This document shows positions 18,228-25,882 of a stretch of DNA of 39,100 bases, one piece after another. Both the position numbers and the translations under genes were made by a program. A model generated the notes under the pieces. That model was not told where the DNA came from and made no database searches. It saw only the letters and a list, made by a program, of their open reading frames with translations. Position 1 is the stretch's first letter, and the number at the start of each line of letters is the position of its first letter. The stretch lies in the sequence record SRR31156797_3163. The stretch is one strand, 5' to 3'.

Positions 18228-18553
18228 CAGGCACCTCCATCGGGATCATCAACGACGGCTGACCCGCCACGAAAAGTCTGAGGACGAGCCGAGTTACACA
18301 AACTCCCGGTAGAACCTGTGTAACGCCGCCTCGACCGGATCATGTACCCTTGACCATAACTGGCTGCTCCCCCGCCGGTCAGAACCATACCAACGGCCAT
18401 GCCGAACCCCTGCGGGTCAAACGGCTGGCTCAAGTAGAGTGCATATGATTGAAAGGCGAGAAGAGCGATGAAGGCCACAAGAATCAAAGCGGTCGGGGCT
18501 TCCATCGTTTCAGGCGTGGAGTTAAACGCTCGGAGCAAAGGGTTAAACTGCAT
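18227..18553 (-). CDS. Putative holin
   Basis: Two hydrophobic segments with FDPQGFG between them; lies between endolysin and spanins; start taken at MQFNP (18553). Confidence 0.65.
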   Translation of the reverse strand: MQFNPLLRAFNSTPETMEAPTALILVAFIALLAFQSYALYLSQPFDPQGFGMAVGMVLTGGGAASYGQGYMIRSRRRYTGSTGSLCNSARPQTFRGGSAVVDDPDGGA

Positions 18554-18995
18554 GCAGCCCCCTGTCCGGTGTGAGAAAAAGGTCACGTTCAGCGGCCCTA
18601 CGGATAGTCAAGCCTCTAAGCACACGCCCACCTGACTTATTCCACCGTGGGAATTCATTGGCCGCACCATTCTCATCATCAGCATTGAGCTTACGCAACA
18701 TTGTTGACCGTTCGAACGCACCAACGCCGACATTAAACACGAAAGAAACAAGAGCTGAAAATTGATTGCCGGACAGCCATGCAGGAGCAAGAAAAGATAT
18801 CCCCTCTTCGGCAAAACCAACATCCTGCATCAACAAGTCATTGGCTTGAGCTTCGCTTATAACCTGCCCCTCATACACATCCGGCCCAGTATGGCCATAC
18901 CCGATAGTCAAGACACCAGCCGGGCAATAGTATGCCTCAAGCTCCAGCGACTCCGACTCTCGGATAATGTCCAAACCCAACTCGTTGATACGCAT
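18543..18995 (-). CDS. Endolysin, GH24 lysozyme
   Basis: E..L.AYYCPAGVLTIGYGHT, NQFSALVSFVFNVG and GLTIRRAAER motifs. Confidence 0.95.
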   Translation of the reverse strand: MRINELGLDIIRESESLELEAYYCPAGVLTIGYGHTGPDVYEGQVISEAQANDLLMQDVGFAEEGISFLAPAWLSGNQFSALVSFVFNVGVGAFERSTMLRKLNADDENGAANEFPRWNKSGGRVLRGLTIRRAAERDLFLTPDRGLHAV

Positions 18996-19109
18996 AACCT
19001 ATCCCTTCCCTCATCGAGTGATCCGGCTTGATCATGGAAGACGCACCTCCGAGCCAAGGCCAAAAGGCCGGGACCGGGACCAAGCACGGACCCTCGTGTA
19101 TTGGGTCGG

Positions 19110-19172
19110 ATTATAGCTTATGGTTTTTAAGCGGGAATCGCAGGGAATCACAGGGAACCGCAGGGAATCGCT
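19110..19172 (-). promoter_or_regulatory. Putative late promoter: perfect -10 with four 10-bp direct repeats in place of -35
   Basis: TATAAT on minus strand at 19110-19115; repeats gggaatcgca/gggaatcaca/gggaaccgca/gggaatcgct at 19133-19172. Confidence 0.65.
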
Positions 19173-19204
19173 AGGGGGGGGGTTGACAGATTTTCAGAAG
19201 GCGC

Positions 19205-19233
19205 AAAAAAACCCGCCGAAGCGGGTTTTGTTT
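19205..19233. terminator. Intrinsic terminator (bidirectional) after mazF
   Basis: aaaaaaacccgc-cgaa-gcgggttttgttt. Confidence 0.85.
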
Positions 19234-19253
19234 AACGCTTTTGGGTAATGCGG

Positions 19254-19583
19254 TTATCTAAAAATATCACGAATCATAGTCAAGAGTTCTGCGATAGTCT
19301 CGTCGTTAAGCTTTGCTATGGATCTAATAATTCTATCCTCCGCAACCATCAACTTGGATGGCAAAGCATAACTTGGGTCAACATGCAATGTCCCTAACTC
19401 AAACCGATTACAGGAAAGCTCTAAAGCCATAATTATTTGTGGTCTTGAACTTGTAATAGCACAAAGGATACTGTCGTTGCCATCAAGATCAGCGACAATA
19501 ATGGCCGGTCTGATCTTTGTCCCGCTTTGGTCAGTGAAGGGGAACGGGACAGTAACAACCTCTCCTACTGCAAATGCGCCCAT
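19254..19583 (-). CDS. mazF: MazF/PemK-family endoribonuclease toxin
   Basis: GEVVTVPFPFTDQSGTKIRPAIIV...ILCAITS signature; start at MGAF (19583) overlapping the upstream gene by 19 nt. Confidence 0.9.
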   Translation of the reverse strand: MGAFAVGEVVTVPFPFTDQSGTKIRPAIIVADLDGNDSILCAITSSRPQIIMALELSCNRFELGTLHVDPSYALPSKLMVAEDRIIRSIAKLNDETIAELLTMIRDIFR

Positions 19584-20164
19584 GCCTCGTCTTCCTCTGG
19601 GGTATCCCATATTTTAGACATTGCATGTTCAGATACTTCCATACACATTTGAGTTATATCCTTTAAATCCCTGAGACTATCAAGATATTCAAGGTATAGA
19701 GGGTGCGGAGCATCTGTTAATTTTTCCCACGCTGCGGAAAACCGTAGGAAGGTCTTGTTGTCACCGACTTCGTCAGCGACACTTACCATAAAATTGATAG
19801 AGTTCTCATCCGTAGGGTTAATATCGTAGGCAACCTTACCGTACGAAAGAGCGTCCTCCAACTCACCGCACTTTGATAACGAAGCGGCATAATTAAAGAG
19901 AGTGAGCGCATCGGCACTATATTTAATGGAAAGTTTGTGGTTCTTGTGCATCATTTTTATATCGTTTTTTGCACAAGCGACACTGCCCAATGCAGAAAAA
20001 CCTTCCGCATGGTTCATATCTTTTAATTCCTGAGCCTTCATTTCAGACTCTTTTATTATACGGGCTCGGGTAAAATCGTCGAGATCTTTATCCTCCATGA
20101 CCTTATTGAGATTGTCGATAATCTCATTAAATGTCACGAGGCTAGCTTTTAATGGTATATTCAT
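19565..20164 (-). CDS. TPR-like protein with C-terminal antitoxin motif
   Basis: TPR-like helices (NYAASLSKCGELEDALSYGKVAYDINP) plus C-terminal SEHAMSKIWDTPEEDEAWAHL, the motif of short DUF2281-type antitoxins found before PemK/MazF genes. Confidence 0.7.
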   Translation of the reverse strand: MNIPLKASLVTFNEIIDNLNKVMEDKDLDDFTRARIIKESEMKAQELKDMNHAEGFSALGSVACAKNDIKMMHKNHKLSIKYSADALTLFNYAASLSKCGELEDALSYGKVAYDINPTDENSINFMVSVADEVGDNKTFLRFSAAWEKLTDAPHPLYLEYLDSLRDLKDITQMCMEVSEHAMSKIWDTPEEDEAWAHLQ

Positions 20165-20275
20165 TTTAACTCCTAAGCTGTGAGTTTAATCACAAACTAG
20201 ACGCTGAAACTGATACACTTTACCATCTATAGCAAGCAAAATCTATGCGCAGAATTTATTTTCCTGCTTAGCAAC

Positions 20276-20479
20276 TTACGCAGCCTTCTCCCTAACCCTC
20301 CACTCTTGGAGCGCGTTGTACTCAGCAGAAAATCCACAAATGTTCCCCTTATCATCATACTCGACGGCTATAGGCGCGCCTTGCGCCCACCACTTTTTGA
20401 CTTTGTCAGCCCTGACCCTAAACCGTTCCTTAATCTCCCGCAGGCTCCCCAAATGCTCCGGCGCTACAACGGTGCTCAT
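20276..20479 (-). CDS. Small MerR/Xis/Nu1-like winged-HTH DNA-binding protein (candidate late activator)
   Basis: LREIKERFRVRADKVKKWWAQGAP pattern; last gene of the cro-replication operon; ATGA coupling. Confidence 0.6.
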   Translation of the reverse strand: MSTVVAPEHLGSLREIKERFRVRADKVKKWWAQGAPIAVEYDDKGNICGFSAEYNALQEWRVREKAA

Positions 20480-20976
20480 TCTTCAAACTCCTTCCCATTC
20501 CCGATCATATAATTTTTCAATGCGTCCTTTGCCTCCTCACACCCCTTGCAGACCACAACGAGAAACCCGGCAAACCGCAATATCTCAATCATCCGCTTTT
20601 GATCTGGCGAGATAGAGCCACCCTTGACGCGCTTCATTTCGATGAACAACCCATGATATCCAAGCCGCGCCCACGCAAAAAAGATGTCAGGAACCCCGGC
20701 CTTGACGCCTTCGGCCTTGAGCTTTGCGGCCACGGCTGCGAATCGATGTCCACCGTTTGGCGTCGCCCACAACAACAAATAAAATTCTTCTGGCAACCAC
20801 CCTTCTGCCCAATCAAAAAAGGCAACCTGTTCGTCATGTTCAAGCGGTGTCGCATTTTCCGTTTTAACGACCTTTCCCCCCTTGGGCCTTGTCATGGGGC
20901 GTTCGGACTTCAAAAGTTTATCCAGTCCACCCATTTCACGGATTTGTGCGGCGGTGTATATTTCTTGCCCGCTCAT
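20476..20976 (-). CDS. VRR-NUC domain nuclease
   Basis: EHDEQ, ATPNGG, GVKAGVPD and LFIEMK motifs; start reassigned to 20976 (ATGA overlap with upstream gene). Confidence 0.9.
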   Translation of the reverse strand: MSGQEIYTAAQIREMGGLDKLLKSERPMTRPKGGKVVKTENATPLEHDEQVAFFDWAEGWLPEEFYLLLWATPNGGHRFAAVAAKLKAEGVKAGVPDIFFAWARLGYHGLFIEMKRVKGGSISPDQKRMIEILRFAGFLVVVCKGCEEAKDALKNYMIGNGKEFEE

Positions 20977-21179
20977 TTTTTGCCGTATCCCTTCTTTCGC
21001 CAAAACTCTCTGACCTGCTCGATCCACGGGCACGACCTCATGTTGCATAACTTTTTCGGAGGGACGCCCTTTTCATGATCCCACCTTTGACGGCCAAAAC
21101 ACAACGTTGCACTTGGATTTATGCAATCAAGACGGTTACGAAAGGCTTCAATATCACACGGCTTGTCCGGTTTGCTCAT
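20973..21179 (-). CDS. Small Cys-rich hypothetical protein
   Basis: MSKPDKPC..., 68 aa, ATGA overlaps at both ends. Confidence 0.65.
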   Translation of the reverse strand: MSKPDKPCDIEAFRNRLDCINPSATLCFGRQRWDHEKGVPPKKLCNMRSCPWIEQVREFWRKKGYGKK

Positions 21180-21553
21180 GCCGCAGGCACCCTCTTGTTT
21201 TTTGAAGAACGGATCACAATTTCCAAAATCTTCCGACACCCCAGACGATTTCGCTTAACCTGCTCGTCTGTCAGTTCGTTGGAACCAGACAAAGCCAAAA
21301 GCTTGGGCTTGGGTTCTCGGTCAACAACAACAGCGTGAGCGTCGATTATATCTTTGATGCAGGGGAAAAATTTACTATTTCTCCGGTGTTCAACACACGC
21401 TGCAAGAAATTGTGATTCCGTCAAATGCCCAAGGTCTTCAATCCAGTCGTCCAGGAGTACCAACACTTGGGCCGGACCGATCATTGCCGCCGGGTAATTC
21501 AGGCCGAACGCCGTTAAGCGCATGTGAATTGTATCCTTGCTGACTTTCTGCAT
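21176..21553 (-). CDS. Putative helicase loader/replication protein (lambda P position)
   Basis: WIEDL..L...QF..AC..HRRNSKFFP motif typical of proteins following phage replication initiators. Confidence 0.65.
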   Translation of the reverse strand: MQKVSKDTIHMRLTAFGLNYPAAMIGPAQVLVLLDDWIEDLGHLTESQFLAACVEHRRNSKFFPCIKDIIDAHAVVVDREPKPKLLALSGSNELTDEQVKRNRLGCRKILEIVIRSSKNKRVPAA

Positions 21554-22463
21554 TTCTCTTTGCCTCCTTCGCTTTGAGCAAAGCTATAGCCATGCCTTCA
21601 CGGTCTTGGCTGTTCTTTTGTGCTTGGGTCGTTGCCCTTGGTGGAGCTTGAAACTGGCCGGGCTGTGCAGGAGAAGCCGCACCACTGTCCGGTCGTTTGA
21701 ATGGCTTGTTGCGCCACGCTCGATCTTTTATGCAATTCGTGAAACTCGGAGAAAATCCGTCACTCCACTGGTCGTCTTGCTGAAAAAGCATGACAAACTG
21801 GTCACGGATATACGGCAGGTCTTCGACCAGCATGCCCCGGTCTTCCATGTCGCACCACATACGCCACGCACTGTCCTCGTTAACCCTGGCCTTGTTATTT
21901 TCGAAAACCTGAAGACAGGCCATGAACACCCGATGAGAAGGTCGGCCCTTTGATTTGTACGGCGTTCGCTTCGGACCGTCTGACTTGTCGACCTGTGGTT
22001 GCGGATCTTCGGAGAGAGGACCAACCGCGCCTGTATTATTCTCTCTCTCTCTTATATTCTTATTCTTATCTTCTTGTTCTATTGTGCGCTGGTTGTGCGC
22101 CGGTTGTGCGCCGGTTGTTGCAGTGGTTGTGCGCTTACATTCCTCGTCTGACTGATATTCTTTCCAATTACAAACGGTTACGACCATAAATCGGTTGTGC
22201 ACGTTTCGCGTTTTTATGAACTCATCATCTTCCAAAACCTTGAGCATACGACTCAATTTGAATCGGCTGATTTCAAGCTCTTCGCACCATGCAGACGCGA
22301 CCACAGCAAATGCCCCTGCCGAAACCATTTCCCCACGAAACGGAGAAGGCTTCCGATTCACTCGCACAAGAATGGAGTGCATAAGTCCGCGATACTCAAG
22401 ACCACGACTCCACGACACGGAATCTGTAACCTTTCGCCATGCTTTGTAATAACCGCGATGCAT
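21438..22463 (-). CDS. Phage replication initiator (lambda O/DnaD-like)
   Basis: GYYKAWRK N-terminus, wHTH ending VTVCNWKEYQ; iterons inside the gene. Confidence 0.85.
   Translation of the reverse strand: MHRGYYKAWRKVTDSVSWSRGLEYRGLMHSILVRVNRKPSPFRGEMVSAGAFAVVASAWCEELEISRFKLSRMLKVLEDDEFIKTRNVHNRFMVVTVCNWKEYQSDEECKRTTTATTGAQPAHNQRTIEQEDKNKNIRERENNTGAVGPLSEDPQPQVDKSDGPKRTPYKSKGRPSHRVFMACLQVFENNKARVNEDSAWRMWCDMEDRGMLVEDLPYIRDQFVMLFQQDDQWSDGFSPSFTNCIKDRAWRNKPFKRPDSGAASPAQPGQFQAPPRATTQAQKNSQDREGMAIALLKAKEAKRNAESQQGYNSHALNGVRPELPGGNDRSGPSVGTPGRLD
22035..22135. repeat. Phage replication origin: iterons plus AT-rich tract
   Basis: GGTTGTGCGC(C/T) at 22091, 22102 and 22125, variants at 22082 and 22113; adjacent T/C-skewed AT-rich tract 22035-22081. 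Confidence 0.85.
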
Positions 22464-22544
22464 GGTTATCCCCTGCCGCTACTCTGCTTGAGATTCCAGA
22501 ACGTGTCCTGACGCTGTGTAAACTGTAGACGAAAACCCATGCCC

Positions 22545-22979
22545 CTACCCCGCCATCTTCATGTAGTCACGGCGATACATGACGAAATTTTCTTCAAGTT
22601 CAATGATCGCTTGGTGCATCTTGCGGTTGACGACTTCAAGGTTTTCCCCATCGAGCATAGACTTGTGATAAGCAGCCAGAGCCGGAAGATCGTCCAACAA
22701 CTCATCAGCCAGCGTCGACTTGTCAGGTTCCACATTCTGCATAGGGACAATCCTGTACTCCATCGCGGATGCCAGAAAACGCAATGGCGCTACATTCCCA
22801 CACGTTTTCATAATTGGCCCCAAAAGATCGACACCAAGCTTGCACCCGTCATCATCTGGATTCAATTCTCGGAGAAGCGTCGTGTAGGGTTTGCGTATTT
22901 CAGTAGCCACGGCCTTTGCCGGAACTCCTGAGTTCAACACCATATCGCGAACAATTTCAGTCAGTGACGGTGTAGACAT
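22545..22979 (-). CDS. cII: Phage regulatory CII-family protein
   Basis: AKAVATEIRKPYTTLLRELNPDDDGCKLGV motif; RBS GGAGG; downstream of cro. Confidence 0.8.
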   Translation of the reverse strand: MSTPSLTEIVRDMVLNSGVPAKAVATEIRKPYTTLLRELNPDDDGCKLGVDLLGPIMKTCGNVAPLRFLASAMEYRIVPMQNVEPDKSTLADELLDDLPALAAYHKSMLDGENLEVVNRKMHQAIIELEENFVMYRRDYMKMAG

Positions 22980-22981
22980 GG

Positions 22982-23314
22982 TTAGGATTTTCCTCCGCGA
23001 TAATAGTAGTCTCTCATCAACGTACCGGGCCTACTACGGCCATGGACGCAAAACTGACAATTCACTTTCGAAGACAGGACGACGGCTCCACCCTGGCCAC
23101 GGCAGTCATGATTGAATCGGGCAGCAGTACGCCCCGCTTTTTCCGTATGCCGATCAAACCAGACGTTGACCCATGGACGGTGTACGCGGACGTGGCGAAT
23201 CAGGCGGTCGGGTATTTGAAGTCCCAAACGAAGCCGCCGACCAAGAGTAAGCAGACTGGATCGTCGCCAAAAGGAAGACTCATTCAATTGCAAGGAGTGC
23301 TGACGACATGACAT
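22982..23314 (-). CDS. Hypothetical protein between cro and cII
   Basis: TAATG-coupled to the cro stop and ends 2 nt before cII; competes with the antiparallel ORF 23042-23311. Confidence 0.4.
   Translation of the reverse strand: MSCRQHSLQLNESSFWRRSSLLTLGRRLRLGLQIPDRLIRHVRVHRPWVNVWFDRHTEKAGRTAARFNHDCRGQGGAVVLSSKVNCQFCVHGRSRPGTLMRDYYYRGGKS
23042..23311 (+). CDS. Hypothetical protein (antisense within cro operon)
   Basis: 89 aa with globular-looking composition; no clear RBS. Confidence 0.4.
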   Translation: MDAKLTIHFRRQDDGSTLATAVMIESGSSTPRFFRMPIKPDVDPWTVYADVANQAVGYLKSQTKPPTKSKQTGSSPKGRLIQLQGVLTT

Positions 23315-23538
23315 TAAGCAGCTTCCTCGGGCGGTTCAGGACGTCGTGCCCCGTAAATGTAAGGCCAGAGCTTTTCAATGTTTCCACCGGAAAGGCCCGA
23401 CGTGCCATTGCAAAACCTCGAAAGGGAAGCCTGATCCACGCCGCTTTCTCTGGCGAGACGGGTAATAGACCATCCAACCTCTTGGGTCAGACTCTCGATG
23501 TCAATTCGGAGTTGTTGTTGGGTAAATTTATTTTTCAT
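23314..23538 (-). CDS. cro: Cro-like HTH repressor
   Basis: HTH SITRLARESGVDQASLSRF; divergent from cI. Confidence 0.88.
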   Translation of the reverse strand: MKNKFTQQQLRIDIESLTQEVGWSITRLARESGVDQASLSRFCNGTSGLSGGNIEKLWPYIYGARRPEPPEEAA

Positions 23539-23544
23539 GGCCTC

Positions 23545-23623
23545 ATTGTATGAGATTCATCATTTTCAATCAAGCCAATTATGAGATTCATCAGATTGAC
23601 ATGGTGCACAAGTGGAGTATGTG
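23545..23623. promoter_or_regulatory. OR region: two operators with divergent promoters
   Basis: tatgagattcatca at 23549-23562 and 23580-23593. Minus-strand promoter TTGATT(23568-23573)-17 bp-TACAAT(23545-23550). Plus-strand TTGACA at 23596-23601 with a weak -10. Confidence 0.8.
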
Positions 23624-23630
23624 AAAAATC

Positions 23631-24290
23631 ATGGGATTCGAAGAAGCTATAAAAGAACAGATAGAGAAGGCAGTCGAAAAGGCTGACAACCCCACCAGCT
23701 TTGCAAAAGCGTGTGGAGTGGATCAGGCGACTCTCTCCCGCTACCTCAAAGGGGAGCAACGCGGCTTGGGCTTTACCAGCCTCGCAAAAATCATGGACTA
23801 TATGGAGACAACCTCTCCGATCACTCCTCTCGCTCCGCACGGTCGAGAGGGGGCTGGTATAGTTGTCTCCACGGGGGAAATGCCACCCAAGGGCACAGGA
23901 GCCGTGGTCCCGGTCTATCAGTTCGCAGCTGGTGGCTTACCTGTTGAATGGCAGGAAGCAGAACCCTTCTGCGAAGTATGCATCCCACAAAAATTTATGT
24001 TCCCCGGCCTGATGGTTCTTCAGGTTGTTGGCGACTCCATGGCCCCTCTTATCAAGGATGGCGCATACGTTGGAATCAACAAACACGCCAACATCCTCAC
24101 CCCCGGCAAGGTGTACGCTGTTAGCGTCCCCTACGAAGGACTGACCATCAAACGCGTTTTCCTGGACGGAGACAAGGGCGAGCTGATCTTGAAACCAGAA
24201 AACCCAATCCACCCGACACAACACGTATCTATCGACGACCGCGAAGGTCTTCTCGTCGGCGAAGTCATGTGGGGAATGCAGGGGATATAG
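23631..24290 (+). CDS. cI: CI-like repressor (HTH + S24 peptidase)
   Basis: HTH FAKACGVDQATLSRY; AAG cleavage site; VVGDSMAP and TIKR catalytic Ser/Lys. Confidence 0.95.
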   Translation: MGFEEAIKEQIEKAVEKADNPTSFAKACGVDQATLSRYLKGEQRGLGFTSLAKIMDYMETTSPITPLAPHGREGAGIVVSTGEMPPKGTGAVVPVYQFAAGGLPVEWQEAEPFCEVCIPQKFMFPGLMVLQVVGDSMAPLIKDGAYVGINKHANILTPGKVYAVSVPYEGLTIKRVFLDGDKGELILKPENPIHPTQHVSIDDREGLLVGEVMWGMQGI

Positions 24291-24371
24291 CCGGCCGCGT
24301 CGTGTGGCCTGGCCGGACGTGAGGGATAAGTAAACATTGCTATTACTGAAACTGACCTCTACAATACATGA

Positions 24372-25277
24372 ATGGAGACGACATTGGCAGACCTTCAACC
24401 AGATCAACGCCCCGATTTTTGCGTTAAAGTTGATTTCAAAAAGGGGACACAGCACCCGGAGAACGTCCTGCGCTCGGCAGCTCAATTCATTGAAGCCCTA
24501 CAAGATCTCGATGTCCTTCTGGTCCAATCTGTTGATTCCAAAATCAAACCAGTCCTTCTCCTCGAAGAAATTGAAGCTGGTTCTGTAAAAATTTGGCTCA
24601 AACAATTTCTTGAAGCTGTTGACGATGATGCGTTGAAATCTCTGGATTGGAAGCCCGCTGTAGGGAAATATCTTGTAAAAGCCAAGCATATGGCGGTTTC
24701 CTATCTTGGCGAAAACAAAGGGCTAGAAGGATCTGACGCACTACATCAGCTATCATCTCGCCTACACCAATTAGCACAAGCCACTGACGCAAAAAAAATG
24801 CCCGCATATCGTCCTGTTTCCCCCTCTGACATAGCGAAGCATCTAAAACAGGTAAGCGACGCCCTTATCCCATTAGGGGAAACAGAAAGTATTTCTATCG
24901 AATCAGACGAAGGCGACTCTACCGTCTATGGGTCGGTATTGGTGACACAAGAAGACATAGAGAATATCCTTGCCGGAGATAGCATCTCAAACGAGGTGGA
25001 AAGGATATTGATAGTCAGAAAGCCAGATTTCCTTGGTGACACAATGTGGGACTTCCGTCACGAAAAGAAAAAAATCTCGGCACGAATAGATCATGCAGAA
25101 TGGTTAAATCAATTCAGAGCAGGGAAAGTCACCATTCTTCCAGGCGATGCGCTGCATGTAAAAGTTCTTGAAACCACCACCTATGGAAAGGATGGAGAAG
25201 TCCTTTCAGAAGAAAGCTCCATCTCGAAAGTCTTAGGTGTCATACGAGAATTCGCTCCAAGACTTCCAATTGAATAA
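24372..25277 (+). CDS. Moron protein of unknown function in immunity region
   Basis: 301-aa ORF, AT-richer than flanks, downstream of cI, followed by a terminator. Confidence 0.8.
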   Translation: METTLADLQPDQRPDFCVKVDFKKGTQHPENVLRSAAQFIEALQDLDVLLVQSVDSKIKPVLLLEEIEAGSVKIWLKQFLEAVDDDALKSLDWKPAVGKYLVKAKHMAVSYLGENKGLEGSDALHQLSSRLHQLAQATDAKKMPAYRPVSPSDIAKHLKQVSDALIPLGETESISIESDEGDSTVYGSVLVTQEDIENILAGDSISNEVERILIVRKPDFLGDTMWDFRHEKKKISARIDHAEWLNQFRAGKVTILPGDALHVKVLETTTYGKDGEVLSEESSISKVLGVIREFAPRLPIE

Positions 25278-25283
25278 ACACTC

Positions 25284-25310
25284 AACCCCGCCCCGGCGGG
25301 GTTTTCTTTT
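25284..25310 (+). terminator. Intrinsic terminator
   Basis: aaccccgcc-cc-ggcggggtt (stem ccccgc/gcgggg) followed by ttttctttt. Confidence 0.8.
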
Positions 25311-25313
25311 GTC

Positions 25314-25556
25314 CTACCATAACCTCCACACCACCCCGGCCAGCCCGGCCGCGACAAACATCAGAAGCAGCTTAATCGAGTCAAGGCGCTGCTTGATAGG
25401 CCGCAGCTCACTCATAAGTTCTGCATGACGCTCTCCACTGGTAATATCCTGATCTAGAACTCTCTCCTTCACACCTAAAACGTCGTTCCTCACTTCCGAG
25501 ATTTCACGCGACAAATCTTCTAAATCATTTTTGTGATTGAACTCATCATCAAACAT
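25314..25556 (-). CDS. Small coiled-coil protein with C-terminal TM anchor
   Basis: 80 aa, RBS GGAGG, heptad repeat then LLLMFVAAGLAGVVW. Confidence 0.75.
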   Translation of the reverse strand: MFDDEFNHKNDLEDLSREISEVRNDVLGVKERVLDQDITSGERHAELMSELRPIKQRLDSIKLLLMFVAAGLAGVVWRLW

Positions 25557-25648
25557 AAAACACCTCCATCCCTTTCCTACGCCCTACATCAAACCGTCGC
25601 AACCGCCTGCATTCTTTCACCAGACCAATATTTTTTTGATTCAAGATT

Positions 25649-25698
25649 TGAGAAATCTCATATTTAATCTTGACTCAATATGAGATTGCTCATATTCT
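25649..25698 (+). promoter_or_regulatory. PL-like early promoter with two operators
   Basis: TTGACT(25670-25675)-17 bp-TATTCT(25693-25698); operators tgagaaatctca (25649-25660) and tgagattgctca (25681-25692) match the OR sites. Confidence 0.85.
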
Positions 25699-25764
25699 GT
25701 CTTCAACACGACGCACCACCAACCCCGAACAGTCTGCGCCAAGGCCAGCGAGTAGGGGGTAGCA

Positions 25765-25848
25765 ATGCGAAGTAAACGCCAGAAGTACCGCAACAGCAAG
25801 GCCGGGCAACGAGAGGTCATGCCACGGGAGGGAAAGGCGAGAGGTTGA
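25765..25848 (+). CDS. Putative 27-aa Arg/Lys-rich peptide
   Basis: MRSKRQKYRNSKAGQREVMPREGKARG, preceded by AGGGGG; first ORF after PL. Confidence 0.3.
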   Translation: MRSKRQKYRNSKAGQREVMPREGKARG

Positions 25849-25882
25849 GGAAAGGTTCTACTGCAACAATAAGAGGAACATC

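Noticed and set aside
19133-19172. CRISPR array or mini-array
   Set aside because: 10-bp tandem units with no spacers; no cas genes in the window.
19183-19188. Plus-strand promoter from a perfect TTGACA
   Set aside because: No -10 at 16-18 bp spacing; it runs straight into the terminator.
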